64,000 nucleotides of DNA from Octopus vulgaris (taxonomy: Eukaryota): positions 118,482,001 to 118,546,000 of the forward strand of contig OX597817.1 in assembly GCA_951406725.2 (NCBI GenBank). The letters are read 5' to 3'. Below, in pieces: positions 1-14,028 of the stretch (the first letter of the stretch is position 1; the number at the start of each line of letters is the position of its first letter). The notes below the pieces were generated by a model. The model was not told the origin of the DNA. It saw only the letters and a list, made by a program, of their open reading frames with translations, and made no database searches. A program made the translations under genes and the position numbers.

Positions 1-183
1 CTTGGAGCTACCAGCTGCGTGGAGAGGGGGGATCAAACTGCATGGGCAACAGCTGATCCCCCATACAAACCTGTCGAGGCCTTGTAGCTCAACAGGAAGA
101 GGTGCAGATAAACCCACCACTTTTCGGAACTACACCATCGTCTCTCGAGACGGACGGATGCCGACGACGACGACGACGACGAT
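1..183 (+). mobile_element. 3' end of a SINE/LINE-like repeat ending in a (GAC)n tail
   Basis: GC-richer segment ending in GACGACGAC tail (163-182); 'gagagggggg..tgcatgggcaacagctg..ccata' resembles the 3' part of the SINE at 47037-47100. Confidence 0.4.
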
Positions 184-1837
184 CTAAATCAAACATTATT
201 GCTTTAATTCTTTAGGAGACAACTCTTGAATTGTTATGGTGTTTTAGGAACATCCCGAGAAATAGATAGATTTTACGTTTCTTGCTGAAGAAGTGATGAC
301 TGAATAACAGTAAATTTATTGTGCATGCCTGCTCTAGTTTACTGGGATTGCCTCTTGTATAGATTTTCTACATTAACCAGTGCACCCACTACTATTTACT
401 TTTTAATCGATTTAAATATCAGTGTTCTCTCTTTTGACAGGTATTTTCTCAATACTAATTTCAATTGACCAAAAATTATTTTTGATTCATTTTATTAAGC
501 AAATTTACTTTCATTTCGCTGCAACTTATTTACGCCGACGACACCCTTCAGCAATTTTCCATTATGCTTATTTTCTTACACATTATCTTCCATCACGACG
601 TCATGAAGTATAGTGTAGTATATGCTTGACTGCAGCTGTTCATAGTACCTACGACATACGTTTTGTTGAACGACTAATAACTAGCGATTCAGCGAGTAAT
701 AGTGTTTACTCACATCTTAATTGTCCACAGATTGTTATTTAGCGTATTTGATATATTAACATCACCTTATATATTGTTTGTATAAATTAGGCTCAACTAC
801 GGCAAGTGTTTAATAATGTTTCCTATAATTATGAAAGAAATGCATTATAAAACATTATTTGACGCGTAAAAATCGTATTCAATTCAAAAGTTATATATTA
901 TTTTGCCAATTTTAACTTTGATTAGTGGGAAAATGTCGTTACAGCTTGCGTTTGTCGGAAAGGTATATTCACTCTTTTGTTGAAACTATAGCTGAGTAAG
1001 GCAAACGAGAAAATTTGTGTCGGTATTAGTGATCTTCAAACAATATTTGCTAAAAAGGATATAGAAGATTTTGTTAAGTATACTATACATCATACTACGC
1101 TTTGCTTGCATCTCTAAGTCTTAAATTTTGGATGATCCGAATGAATAATCTCTTATTTACATGTCTATATGCAAATCAATGAAATCCCTTATGTAAGTAC
1201 GTTCTATAGTAATTTATTTTCTCTTATGTACATCCAGCAAATTCAATTTCACTAGTATATAACATCGGGGAATTTAAATTGCGGGAAAATAAAGTAAGTT
1301 CTATATTATTCAAATGTCTTGTATACATTTTAGATAACAATACAACTATTAAATGAAAATCATGAAAAAGTATTTTTATCGCTTTGTATTCTCGGATTTA
1401 TAAATATTAACATTGATAATCTAATTTTTAAAAGTGTTTTTTTCTTTTATTAAACTCGGTGGTAGAAATTTACTTTCCGTAAAATCTAATTTCAGATAAA
1501 GATTCCTTCTCTGTTCAATGACAAATTTATTGTTCGAGAAAATCAACAAATTCCTGATAGATTTATATAAATACATACAAAACTCATGTATATTCATACA
1601 AATATTTATACCATGCGAAAGCATCTACTTCAGGTTTTCTATAGTTCGTGAATAACGAACTCTTCAATGGTAACAACTACAACGAAGAAAACATTTCATG
1701 AACCAGATAACTACGCAGTACTGTGTTGATAACGTGAGATAACATAGTATGTGGTTGTGTATGTGCGTGTGTCCGAGCGCGTGTCAGTACATATATATGT
1801 ATGTATCAATGTTATGTATGTATGTATGTTATGTATG

Positions 1838-1912
<75 letters not shown>

Positions 1913-1914
<2 letters not shown>

Positions 1915-2249
1915 GCGCAGGAGTGGCTGTGTGGTAAGAAGAAGCTTGTTTCCCGTCCACATAGTTCCGGGTTCAGTCCCATTGCATGGCAGCTTGGGCA
2001 AGTGTCTTCTACTATAGCTTCGAGCTAACCAAAGCCTTGTGAGTGGATTTGTTAATCGGAAACTGAAAGAAGCTCGTCATATATATATATTGGTGTGTTT
2101 TCCGTCCCCGTCACTTAGCAGTTCGGCAAAAAGAGACCGAGAGTATAAGTGCTAGGCTTACAAAGAAATAGTACTGAGGTCGATTTATTCGACTAAAGGT
2201 GGTGGTCCAGCATAGCCGCAGTCAAATGACTGAAACAAGTAAAAGAGTA
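1913..2249 (+). mobile_element. tRNA-derived SINE, family A (CORE-like domain)
   Basis: A-box-like GTGGCTGTGTGG, B-box-like GGTTCAGTCC, CORE-like 'cttgggcaagtgtcttc', conserved tail 'gtcaaatgactgaaacaagtaaaagag'; recurs several times in the window. Confidence 0.85.
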
Positions 2250-2255
2250 TATATA

Positions 2256-3824
2256 CACTGCGTCCCACATTATTAGGCAAATCAACCTTCTCTAAATAAA
2301 TAAATATATGCTCGTTCAAAATCAGTTGTTTTCCCACTGACTGTTGGCAGCGCCTATCTGTGCACATTCTGATAAAATAATTTGGGTTTGCGCAGTCGAA
2401 AACAAACGGCTACATTAGCGTGTGGCAGCAACATTTCTGCTATCTCATTATTAGACAGGTGCCCAATTTAAGTGCCATTATGGGTCAGAGACATGATCTT
2501 ACCTTGAATGAGAAGTCTACCATCGTGTCAGAACTTGGGAAAATGAATACACCCATACAAATATCCAATATACTGGGAAGAAATCACCGAACAGGGAAGA
2601 AATTTGTGCAGTCTCCTATTTCTGTCCGATCGGGGGCAGACGAAGGCAAATCAAGGGTTCCTTCGATTCGTACTTTGTCACGTGTGAAAAGGGAAGTTGT
2701 GCGGAACCTGTGTCTGAAAAGTAGAGACGTCATCAAATGTTGTGGGAGGGAAGAGGTATCTAAAACTATCAGAAGTCGCCCCTTGAAGAAGGTAGCCAGG
2801 AATGCTAAACCTCTTACGGTAGCCAGGAATGCTAAACCTCTGGCGGCTGTGCATAAGCAGAAGAATCTTAAATAGGCAGAGGATTACATGAAGATAGATT
2901 TTTCAACATTTCTGTTCACTGACGAATGCTGTGCTACACTTGACGGACAAGATGTTTGAGTAAAGTTTGAGTGTCAATCAGTAGAAACTCTCCTCATTAT
3001 TTGAGACGTCAACAGGGGAGAGGTGAGATCAAGTGTTGGGCTGGTGTCGTTGGTGATATGATGGTCGGGTCATAGAAAGTCCCAGATGGCATTAAGATGA
3101 CATCAAAAGCATGTGTTATCTTTTTAAAGGACAATTTCCAGCCGTGGTTCAAAAATCAAAAGCTTTCATTCAAGAGAGAGCTGGTCTATGTGCAAGATAG
3201 TGTCCCGTCTCATACAGCGAAGAATTCTTTCTAAGAAATATCTGCAGCAAATAGGCTTTACCGGAGGTCGTTTGACGGAGTGGCCGCCTTGTTCCTCTGA
3301 CTTAAACCCGATCGATAACCTGTGACGTGTCCTAAAGAATCGTGTTTATCAAGTTAGACGGCAGTTTTCAAGTAATGTTTCCCCCAGAGATGTTATTGTA
3401 GATGATGCTCAAAGCATGACACGTGTGGATATCATCACCTTGACAAATTCAATGGATCAGTGCGTAAAGAAGGTTATTGCTTGCGGAGGATCATGCATCA
3501 AACTTTAGAAACTGTATGGCATCATAATCCCATAATTATTTTCATTCGAGCGTATTATTATATTTACCATTGTCTTTTATAAAAGTTTTTGTTAAATTTT
3601 TACTGTTTGATTAAATGTTCGTTCTGACTCGATTATAATTTTATTTTTACTTGCCTAATAATTTGTGACGGTGAAAATGTTGCCTAGTCACAAAAATAAA
3701 TGGCCGACGTTTCTTGGCCTCTGCACTGATCCGATTTATTTTAACAGAATGCACACAGATAGGTATTGCCAACAGTCAGTGGGGAAACAACTGATTTTGA
3801 ACGAATGTGCATTTCTTTATTTCT

Positions 3825-3859
<35 letters not shown>

Positions 3860-3898
3860 TTGAGAGAAGGTTGAATTTGCTTAATTAAGTGAGACGCA

Positions 3899-3901
<3 letters not shown>
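2256..3901 (+). mobile_element. Full-length decayed Tc1-family transposon with long TIRs
   Basis: TA|CACTGCGTC ... GACGCAGTA|TA ends; inverted similarity over roughly 150-200 bp (2256-2410 vs 3700-3901); internal transposase remnants. Confidence 0.9.
2480..3508 (+). pseudogene. Tc1-like DDE transposase pseudogene
   Basis: MGQRHDLTLNEK start; motifs FTDE (~2916), QDSVPSH (~3193), WPPCSSDLNPIDNL (~3281); stops, frameshifts and a 27-bp tandem duplication (VARNAKPL twice). Confidence 0.85.
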
Positions 3902-3944
<43 letters not shown>

Positions 3945-3953
3945 GCAAACACA

Positions 3954-4150
3954 TATGAGGTCAGTAAATAAAGTAATGAGACTAGTCTCATAGCGTTCGA
4001 TGTGGCAACATTCCGGGGTTTCCCTTCGCTGTGTTGCGATATATCAACATTCCGTATAACCTCAGTTCAAACAGAAATCACTTGGTGATAACTGGTGAAG
4101 TGTGAGTGCAATTTTGCGTAGTGACTTCGTTTAGTGATAGATCAATGGGC
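3954..4150 (+). mobile_element. Mariner-like 5' terminal fragment
   Basis: Begins TA|TGAGGTC..aaagtaatgagact, resembling mariner TA|CGAGG ends; no transposase retained. Confidence 0.35.
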
Positions 4151-5119
4151 AATTCTAAGAATTATTATTTTCATAGTGAGCCAATGTGAATGTTATCACA
4201 CATTTGTTTAGCTACAAATAGTACTCTGTTCAATTAAAGAAAAGACACATTCGATAATGCATCGTAGGGTATACAAAACGACGGAATGATCACGGCTGGA
4301 CGCTCTTTTATCATAGGTACAATCGACTTAATCTTATTTTTTCCTTAATGATAAAAGTGAAAATGTCTCATTGAAACAGCGGTATACACAGTCCTACGGT
4401 TTACTGGTAGGGAAAAATTGCAGTTTTTTTTTTTAAAATAAATATATTTTAATATACAAAGTGAAATATTGAATTTGCTTTAGAGAGTACAAAACTCTCC
4501 GTTGTAAATTTTACGAAAATAATCATTGACAAGTAATTAGAAATGTAAAATGACAGAATGTTCGGACTGCCATAATGTATGACGTGTTATCCCTAGGATT
4601 TGTTATTAACTGAAATCTTACGTTTGAAACAAATGACGTCTGTAATGCCAGAGATGTATAGGCAAGTAGAGACAGACGGACTAAAAGAAAGAGGGGAGGA
4701 AGACGAAAAGAGAAAGAGAGGTACAGAGAGAGGGACTACAACGGAAACAAAATAATTAAAATATGACAGAAACGAGGATAAGATGCAAGAGAATATCTCA
4801 GTACCTTGGAACTCTTACAAATACAATCAATAATTGCAAGCGAATTCAACACTCTTCGAATGAATATTTCCTGCAATTACACAAAGCTCTAATTACTAAT
4901 TACAAGTATGTGATAAAAGATGTCCTGAGTCACTGAACAAGGAGAGCGAGGCACAGTTTCTAGTGAACCAACAAGAACATCTGGTTAACATTGATATATT
5001 TCTAACAATTACGTATTTTAACTTCAGATTTCTATTGCAAATGAAGAGAAATGAAGAGAAATGCATATACATATAGGTGATGTATTCATTTTAATAGATA
5101 TACATGATGTGTCTATGCT

Positions 5120-5252
5120 AATATTCTTTTCTACTCCAGGCACAAGGCCCGAAAGTTTTGGGGAAGGGGACCAGTCGATTAGATCTTACTTTATCGACCC
5201 CGAAAGGATGAAAGGCAAAGTCGACCACGGCGGAATTTGAACTCAGAACGTA
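5120..5252 (-). mobile_element. SINE family B fragment (Meta-like domain)
   Basis: Reverse complement of 'gagttcaaattccgccg.ggtcgactttgcctttcatcctttcggggtcgataaa' motif shared with 19806-20039. Confidence 0.8.
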
Positions 5253-5567
5253 AATATTCTCAACATTATTATGTCCGTATATAAAAACAGGAGTGATGAG
5301 AGACACTGATGGAGCTTCAATGGTAAATAATTGTATACACTCTGCTACATCTATTGTACATGTATGTCTGTGTGCGCATGTGTATGCGTGTATATAAGCA
5401 GACACATACATGCATGTTATTTAGATTATTTACATTTGACGGATATTTGTCCTCATCTTGTTTATTGGTATCACAACATTTAAATTGATATACCCTCCAG
5501 CCTTGATGAGGTGTCTTTGGGAAGTTTCGAACCTGGATTCCCATTCCTAAGGTACTTTGGGATGTTG

Positions 5568-5632
<65 letters not shown>

Positions 5633-6173
5633 GAGTGAGAGAGCAGTACGTGCCATCAAAGTGACACTGGGGTAAAATATACGAAGCCCAATATACCCAT
5701 CATGACTACCCGTCTGATAAGGGTACACCAGGCACATGCATCACAACCATATGTGCGCGACATGATGATCTCATATCAAGATAAAGAGCACATGACCTTG
5801 TAGGTGGGGCCCAGTTAGAATTTTCTTCTGGTCGAGTAACCCATCCTGCTCAAAAGGTCCCTGAGTAAGGGTTGTTTAAGGATGTTGAACGAAACACCCA
5901 TGTTTCCAGAGGTGAATTATTCAAACCCGAAAGAATCCCTCTCAACACATGGCTATGATACTCCCCCACTACTTCTGATCGTGATCAGAGATGCACATAT
6001 CGTCAGCCACTAAGGGACATGCTCAACTGGTTAAGGTCAAACAACTGACAAACAAATCTGTGGTATTGAGCAGAATATTTGCTGTAGCCCATCTTTTATA
6101 CCAAGACAAAACAATGTACATGATAACACTTCCAATCAGTTAAGATCAGAAGCCATGAGAACCACTGCCTGGT
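5633..6173 (-). mobile_element. ~540-bp non-autonomous TAA-inserted retroelement, copy 1
   Basis: Near-identical direct repeat of 8730-9285; bounded on both sides by (TTA)n; no ORF. Confidence 0.8.
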
Positions 6174-6196
6174 TATTATCATTATTATTATTATTA

Positions 6197-8396
6197 CTTT
6201 TTTTTTCTTCTTTCAAATTTGCTTCCATTTCTTGCCGAGTGTCTTCCCGACTCCTAGGGCAAAGAAACTCATAGTATACATTGGTAGGCCATTAAACCAA
6301 ACTCAACAGTTCGTTCATTTTTTTTTTTTTTTAAGTTAAATTAAAATACATGAGCAGCAACAGTTCTCACATCGACAATGCTCTTCTCAATACGTGTGAT
6401 ATACCAGTTAAGACAAATCTTTTGCACTTCTTGCAGGGATGGTAAGCCAGGGATCATTCTCATATAATTTTCGGTTCCCTTCTTGATCATTCCTAGTGCT
6501 CCTACGATCACTGGTATTGTAACCGCCTTGAGATGCCACATTTCAATGAGTAGGTCTTTATATTTTCTGAGCTTGTCAAACTCTTTCGCTGAGATATTAT
6601 GATCACAGGGGATGCTCATGTCGATCAATAAGCAAACTTTATTGTTTTGGTCTTTCACAACAATATCTGGTTTATTGGCCTTGATGGTTCGGTCTGTATG
6701 TACTGGAAAGTCCCACAGAATGGTTACATTTTTTCCTTCAGTTACAGCCTCAGGGTGGTGATTATACCACTTGTCGGCAGTTTTGATATTGTAATGCCGA
6801 CTTATTAGCCAGTGGAGATATTGGCCAACTCTGTCATGTCTTAATTTATACTCCACTGGTGCTAAGACTTTACATCCAGAGATTAGGTGGTCCACTGTTT
6901 CAATCACGTCGTTGCAGAATCGGCAGTTTGGGTCCGCTCCATTTTTCATCACATTGGCCTGGTAGTTCCGGGTTAATAGGCTTTGATCTTGAGCAGCCAG
7001 GATGAAACCTTCGCTCTCTGCTTTTAGCCCTGAGCTCCGTAGCCACTGATGGGTTTGCTTCTGGTCAACATCAGCTTGTTTGTTGCGGGTCACATATTTG
7101 CCGTGCAGAGGTTTCTCCTCCCACCTATCAGCCAATTGCCCGTGCGCTTTTTTCATTGCCATCATTTTCACCTTCTTTGCAACAATAGTTGCCGTACTTC
7201 CCTCGGGTTGTTCAGTTTGGGTATCCTGCACGAGATCAATAGCAAATTTTTTGCTTTCCTTTATGATAGAATGAAGCTTCTTTCGTCTCTCGTGATTTTC
7301 CACGAGCTTTAGCATCCAGTCATTCGATATTTCGAGATATTTGGCCAGTCCAATTGTGGTTGTTTTGTAAGCTAGTTCAAATTGGATCAGGCCTCGACCT
7401 CCTTGGGCTCTGGGAAGGTAAAGGCGATCTACGTCTGCCTTTGGGTGGTGCATACTATTACAACTCAGCAGCTTGCGTATTTTCCTATCTATATTCTTTA
7501 CTTCACTCATATTCCAGTTCAACACATTGTAGCTATAAGTAACAACTGGAACTGCTAAGGAATTTATAGCTAACACCTTGTTACGTGCATTTAGTTCAGA
7601 TTTCAGGACTACACGAACTCTCCTATAACATTCCTTCCCAATATTCTCTTTAATGCTTGCATGCTGAATACCAGAGCCTTCATTTATCCCTAAATATTTG
7701 TATGTTTGTTCTTGCTCAAGCTCTCTTATGACTGTGTCAACATCTAACACGACTGAATTTGTGGTCTTCACTTTCCCTTTCTGGAAAGTGGCCTTGGCAC
7801 ACTTCTCAAGTCCAAACTCAATCCCGATGTCATCGCTGAATGCTTCCACGGTGCGCAATAGGCCTTCAAGTTCATTATTGTCTTTACCATAAAGTTTTAA
7901 GTCATCCATATAAAATAGATGGCTTATTTTTTTATTGGCAATTTTATACCCATACCCTGTTCTGTTTAATTCACTTGTAAGGAGTATTAGGGCTATGCAG
8001 AATATTAAAGGTGAAAGTGAGTCACCTTGAAAAATTACACAGTTGATGTTTATATTTTCTGAGGCAAGTACTCCATTAGAGTGGTATAATTGGAGATTCG
8101 TATTCCACAACGACATATTGTGCTTCAGGAAGTTTGAAATCACAGGGAAAATTTTGAAGATGTCCAGCGATCTCAAGATCCATGGATGCGGTATACTGTC
8201 GAAGGCCTTTTTATAGTCAATCCATGCGGTGCTGAGATTTCTGCGCTTGTTGTGACAGTTCTCAAGGATCATACAATTGATTAGCAGTTGATCTTTGCAT
8301 CCGTAAGAGCCTCGGCGGCACCCTTTTTGTTCAATGGGGAAAATATCGTTCTTCTCCATGAATGCATATGTTTTCTGCGCCAGGATAGATGTTAGG
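6197..8396 (-). mobile_element. 5'-truncated R4/Dong-clade non-LTR retrotransposon inserted in (TAA)n
   Basis: RT plus C-terminal RLE ORF, 3' UTR ending in an A-rich tail, both junctions in TAA repeats (the known Dong-family target). Confidence 0.9.
6367..8396 (-). pseudogene. Reverse transcriptase + CCHC + restriction-like endonuclease ORF (5'-truncated, nearly open)
   Basis: [91 protein letters not shown]; a +1 shift near 6417 restores VLTGISHVLRRALSM* (stop 6367-6369); the poly-Ile N-terminus is only the microsatellite. Confidence 0.92.
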
Positions 8397-8729
<333 letters not shown>

Positions 8730-9283
8730 GAGTGAGAGAGCAGTTCATGCTATCAAAGTGACACTGGGGTAAAATATACGAAGCCCAATATACCCATCAT
8801 GACTACCCGTCTGATAAAGGTACACCAGGCACATGCATCACAACCATATGTGCGCGACATGGTGATCTCATATCAAGATAAACAGCACATGACCTTGCAG
8901 GTGGGGCCCAGTTAGAAATCTCTTCAGGTTGAGTAGCCCATCCCGCTCAAAAGGTCCCTGAATAAGGGTTGTTTAAGGATGTTGACAGAACCACCCATGT
9001 TTCCATAGGTGAACTATTCAAACCCCAAAGAATCCCTCTCAACACATGGCTATGATGCTCCCCCACTACTTCTGCTCGTGATCAGAGATGCACATATCGT
9101 TAGCCACTAAGGGACATGCTCAACTGGTTAAGGTCAAACAACTGACAAGCAAATCTGTGGTATTGAGCAGAATATTTGCTGTAGCCCATCTTTTATACCA
9201 AGACAAAACAATGTACATGATAACACTTCCAATCAGTTAAGATCAGAAGCCATGAGAGCCACTGCCTGTTACTGCATCAGCGC

Positions 9284-9285
<2 letters not shown>
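8730..9285 (-). mobile_element. ~555-bp non-autonomous TAA-inserted retroelement, copy 2
   Basis: Direct repeat of 5633-6173 with ~15 extra bases at its right end; flanked by (TTA)n. Confidence 0.8.
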
Positions 9286-9328
<43 letters not shown>

Positions 9329-11535
9329 TCCATATACGTGCATCCAAACACACACACACATATATACATACACCCACGCACACATACATACATATATACA
9401 TGCATACATACACACATAAAGGTTTTTGTTTAAACCGAAGTTGAGAGTTCGTCTCCCGACTCTACCTACACGGCACTGGGATCATCATGCTAGTGGTACA
9501 GTAATTCACCACATTATAACGTTCAACAAAATTATAAGTGCAGCATATTTAAATCTAGTATTACACCAGTCACAAATATTGTATTCGCTTTCACAAGGCT
9601 CAGGTTCTTGGCAACATAAGAAACCTCCGACTGCAAATTAAAAATATATTCTCCCTGAAAATTTTTAGCTCGATTGAACGTACTACGCTGACTTACAAAT
9701 GTTACTTTATAGTGGTACTTATAGTGGTACAGTATGATTTAGAAAATTTCTCAATTGTTTTATCATATACTTCATAAATTTCAAGATTGCAGTATGAGTA
9801 TATTTGAAAGGACAAAATATCCAGTAATGATTTGCAAGTACGAAGAGATAATTTGATTAAAATGTTATTTCCAAGGTAACATGCACCGTAAATTTCGTAA
9901 TACGCACTACCTTAATTTCTTATATTATTGCATATCAACTCTGCAAACATTTATCTCATAGTTTAAATAGCATAGCACAGGCATTGACAACTCTTTATAC
10001 CATGTACTAGCTTTAGTAAATCAGTGTAATTCTATAGTATCAATGTTTTACAAAATTTGGAGATTTTAACCGATTATTTCGCTGCTGTAACAATATGTAC
10101 AGAGAGAAAGTAGTACTTAAAATTATCTCTAGGAGATACCAGAATAAAAGCAAATTTCAAAGAAAGCTGAGAAGTAAAAATAACCAAAGGATAAAGTATA
10201 CTTGAAAATCACAGAAAAGTTTTAAACTAAATCAGAAGGAAGAGTGGGTTGAACTCTTTAAATTTACGTGATTATATCGTGATTCAAAAGTGACGCTAAC
10301 TGATGCTATAAAATTTCCAAACGGATTATTCTGCATAAAATCTGTTGTAGAGTGCATGCTAACATTCTTCAAGTTGTGAGTCAAAACTTCTGAAACAATT
10401 GACATTATAATTGTAAGAAGGAAGTGACAACGGAGAAAACTCCCGGAATTTTAGAAAAACAACAATTTAATGGAGATGTCATTAACAGAGTTAAATTGAT
10501 CCTCGACAGCCATGCTAACATCTTTGGACATGTTATGATATTATAAGTACTCCTAAGCAATAAAGGAGTCCACATACAACTGCCAAGTACTCAGAGTGAC
10601 TAACAGATATCGTATTTTGTATGAAAAATAGATGCAACCTGTCGTGTGGAAGCTAGAGAGGCAAAAGTATTACATAATCAGTTGAAAGTGTAAGTTTAAT
10701 GAGAAGGAAATTCATTAGCGTTAATGATAATTCATCCCAGAATTGTTATATTTCTATTTTATTATCAATTAATCAAAAATTAATTTCGGAAGACCACTTT
10801 AAGTATGGTAGCCCGCATTTAACTAATTGATTATTATGTTCTGTTGTTATCAGCAAGACTGGCTATATTTCTGTTTATGAAGGAAAGCCGTATTAAATGA
10901 AAAAGATAGTTTATAGATGAATATTAAAAAAAAGGACAATAATGAAAATTAATGCACAGATACCTAAGAAAAAAATTAACATAATCAACTGAGCATGTTG
11001 TCAAGAACAAACTGCTGTAGCAATGTTTTTTTCCAACGAACTCAAAAGATAAGGGAAGACATTGGTGCTGGATTTTGAGTTGAAGGAGATATGTCATTAC
11101 ATGGTAATGGAAGTTCAATTTATAAGCCGGTAAATGATCGATAAAATTACAAACATGGTTTTAACGTGACCTGAATCGCTACTGGCATGCAGATGACAGG
11201 AAGGAAATCAGTGCAAATATCAGTATTTCAGCAGATTGATTAAGCAAATTCTACCATTTTCATAATATTTCTTAGTCTCGAGATTAGGTGATGCTTTTCT
11301 GCTTTATACAGTAATCTATAAATATACTACATAAACCTTTTATAAGATTTCTTTTTCAGAGAAAACATAGTAAGGCTGTAATGATAGCTGGTATGTGTTC
11401 GCCAATTATTCAGCGATTATGATACTATTACACTGCAATTTATGGTGTTTTAGACCACGAATTTAATTTTATACGTATATAATAGTGCTGTATATGTTAT
11501 ATATGCATGCATACACACACGCGCACACACACACA

Positions 11536-11601
<66 letters not shown>

Positions 11602-11656
11602 ATGGTGTATATATAATGGTGTATATATACTTACGAAACATATAAGTATATATAGA

Positions 11657-11805
11657 GCTTCGGCAAAAGAGTCCAATAGAATAAGTACTAAGCTTAAGAA
11701 ATAAGTCATGGGGTCGATTTGTATGACTAAAAGCCCTTCAAGAGGGTGTTTCAGCATGGCCACAATCAAATGACTGAAACAGATAAAAGAATAAAAGAAT
11801 AAAGG
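11657..11805 (+). mobile_element. SINE family A, 3' half
   Basis: 'ttcggcaaaagag..aataagtacta.gctta..ggggtcgattt..cagcatggccaca.tcaaatgactgaaaca' as in 2120-2249. Confidence 0.75.
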
Positions 11806-11951
11806 ATATATTGCGAATGCAAAGTTGTGACCAATGACGTTCTGAATGCATAGTATATTCTAACATTGCTTTGCAATTCCTTTAATGAAACTTATAGATA
11901 GCACATTTATCTTGTACTGTATTTATAAATTATAATCACATTAGTAGTTAT

Positions 11952-12110
11952 ATTTCTTTCAAATTTTGGAACAGAGGGTGAGGGGTGAGTCGATTACATT
12001 GAATCCAAAGTCGACCACGGCGGTATTTGAACTCAGAACATAAAGACGGACGAAATTCCTCTAAGCATTTTTGCTAGGCGTACAAAGGATTCTGGCAGCT
12101 CGCAGTCTTC
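11952..12110 (-). mobile_element. SINE family B, decayed
   Basis: 'aaagtcgaccacggcggtatttgaactcagaac..gacgaaat..ctaagcattt' matches family B on the minus strand. Confidence 0.7.
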
Positions 12111-13969
12111 TAGTAATTATAATATAAACTCTTACATATGTCTTGTGTTTAAAGGCACAACATACATTGGATTAATTTGAAAACTACAGACGAATACCGC
12201 AAGCAAATATCGCAATAACTTACTTGTCAACGATGAACATGCGTGAAATATGATACGTTGATTGTTATTTTAACTCTTTTCTGCTTGAGTTGCGTATATC
12301 AGATATTAACTCAGCCGAGCTGTTATGCACAATATCAGAGAATGTTTTATTCACTGTTTCCCATACCGAGGACGACAAATTTCACCTTGGCATGCGGTTG
12401 GCTGCGAGTGCATGTCTTTCACAAAGCGCAACTTGCGCGAAGTGCGTCTGCCGTAACTACTAGCCGCTGCTGGAACGAGTTTTTGTCACGGGTAAAACTT
12501 AAAACTCACTGGTAATATCACCAGTAACACCTCAACATTCTCATTTGTAACTGCTTGCTATAATACGCGCCAACAACAAAAACTTCGGAAAGAAATTGAA
12601 ACGGTGAAATTTTAGAAATGGTGTTACTAGCATTTCTACTCTGCAGTTTTTTACTGGATCGCTTGACAGCCTACAAACAGCAGTCAAATCATTTCAAACG
12701 AACACTATTAAAGGAAATTTAACGATATTGTGTCTTCACGCTAAATTTAAATAAAAAGTGGTAAAAGCAGAACACGACAATAAACCCACCAGTGCGTCAG
12801 TAATTCGTGATTTTTGGCGTGAGATAACATTTGTACACCAACCGGTCCACTTCCCTGATCGTGCCCTTGAAGATTTCTGTTCCTTAATGTTGAAATCGCA
12901 TAACTCAAAAATTCGTTCATTTCAGACTACAAGCGTAAAGAGAAATTCGCTACAAAAACAGCGCAATGTACCTTAAAGCGTGTCACCAAAATACAATAAA
13001 CGTTTCGTTGTGCATCAAGATTATCCGAATTAATTTAAAGAATAATAGCCTCTATTACAGTGAGGCAATAAATGTGGACTCTATTTTTAAACTCGGCATA
13101 CTTTTCAGCAAACACTGAGTGTCTGTAAGCGTAGGTATTTTTGAAGGTATCTGGTGTAGCAGTTACGCCATTGGACTCAGTGTGTTGTATTCTTGAGTAT
13201 TGCAATTTATTTCAAGTTCCTGAAGGTTACAAAACTGTAAATGAATAGCAGCCAAGTGCTGGTGCATCGCTCCTAACTTCCAGCTATCAAATCCCTGTTA
13301 TTTTCTTGGCCCAAGGCTATGAAGGATGAGTGTATATGAAGGACGGGTGTATTTGAGTGTGTGTGCATGTGTGTGTGTGTGTGTGTCTGTGTCTGTGTGT
13401 GTATGTGTGTGTGTGTTTATGTGTCTGCCTGTAACTACATAGAACCTGAAACAATAAACAAATGCATAATACATGTGTACATAAAGGTTTATAATAAATA
13501 TTTCCTACTGCATCGCTAAATTTTTGCTGTTAGACTCATGTTTCCAGGGGATAAATCAGAAGATTTACAATATATATTACCTCGAGACTCATAATAAAAC
13601 AGAGAAATTTAATCAACTAACAACATTTTTTTTTCTCACCCATGACTTAGATCCGCTAATTAGTCTGGCATTTAAAAACATGTAACAATGATTAGATTCT
13701 ATATCGATTAATTCTGAAGTAAGCAGTAGAGCGTAATGATATGAATGTTTCTCACCAAAGTATCTTTCGACCCATGTTTGTGCAATTTAGTTATTCTTTG
13801 TATATTGTGTTATGCTTTTGTTTCTTTTTTCGCATTTTAATAAACATCAAACACCTGTGTCACTCCAAAGTTGACATAGTCGGAAAATACTAGCTTTTGG
13901 AATGCTACATTGAGCTTTCGTACGCATTACGTCTCTCCTTATCTCTCTCACTCTCCGTATATGTATGTT

Positions 13970-14028
<59 letters not shown>

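Noticed and set aside
1620-1672. Minus-strand TTGAAGA-GTTCGT/ACGAAC-tata-GAAA
   Set aside because: Four extra bases before GAAA and no stem I
5470-5515. HHR-like motif on the minus strand (ACAC-CTCATCA-AGGCTGG..TAAA-TGTT-GTG)
   Set aside because: Three core substitutions and a broken stem II; possibly a decayed PLE HHR but not supportable from this copy
10080-11120. Coding-like A-rich stretch
   Set aside because: Stops in the frames tried and no recognisable motif; left unassigned
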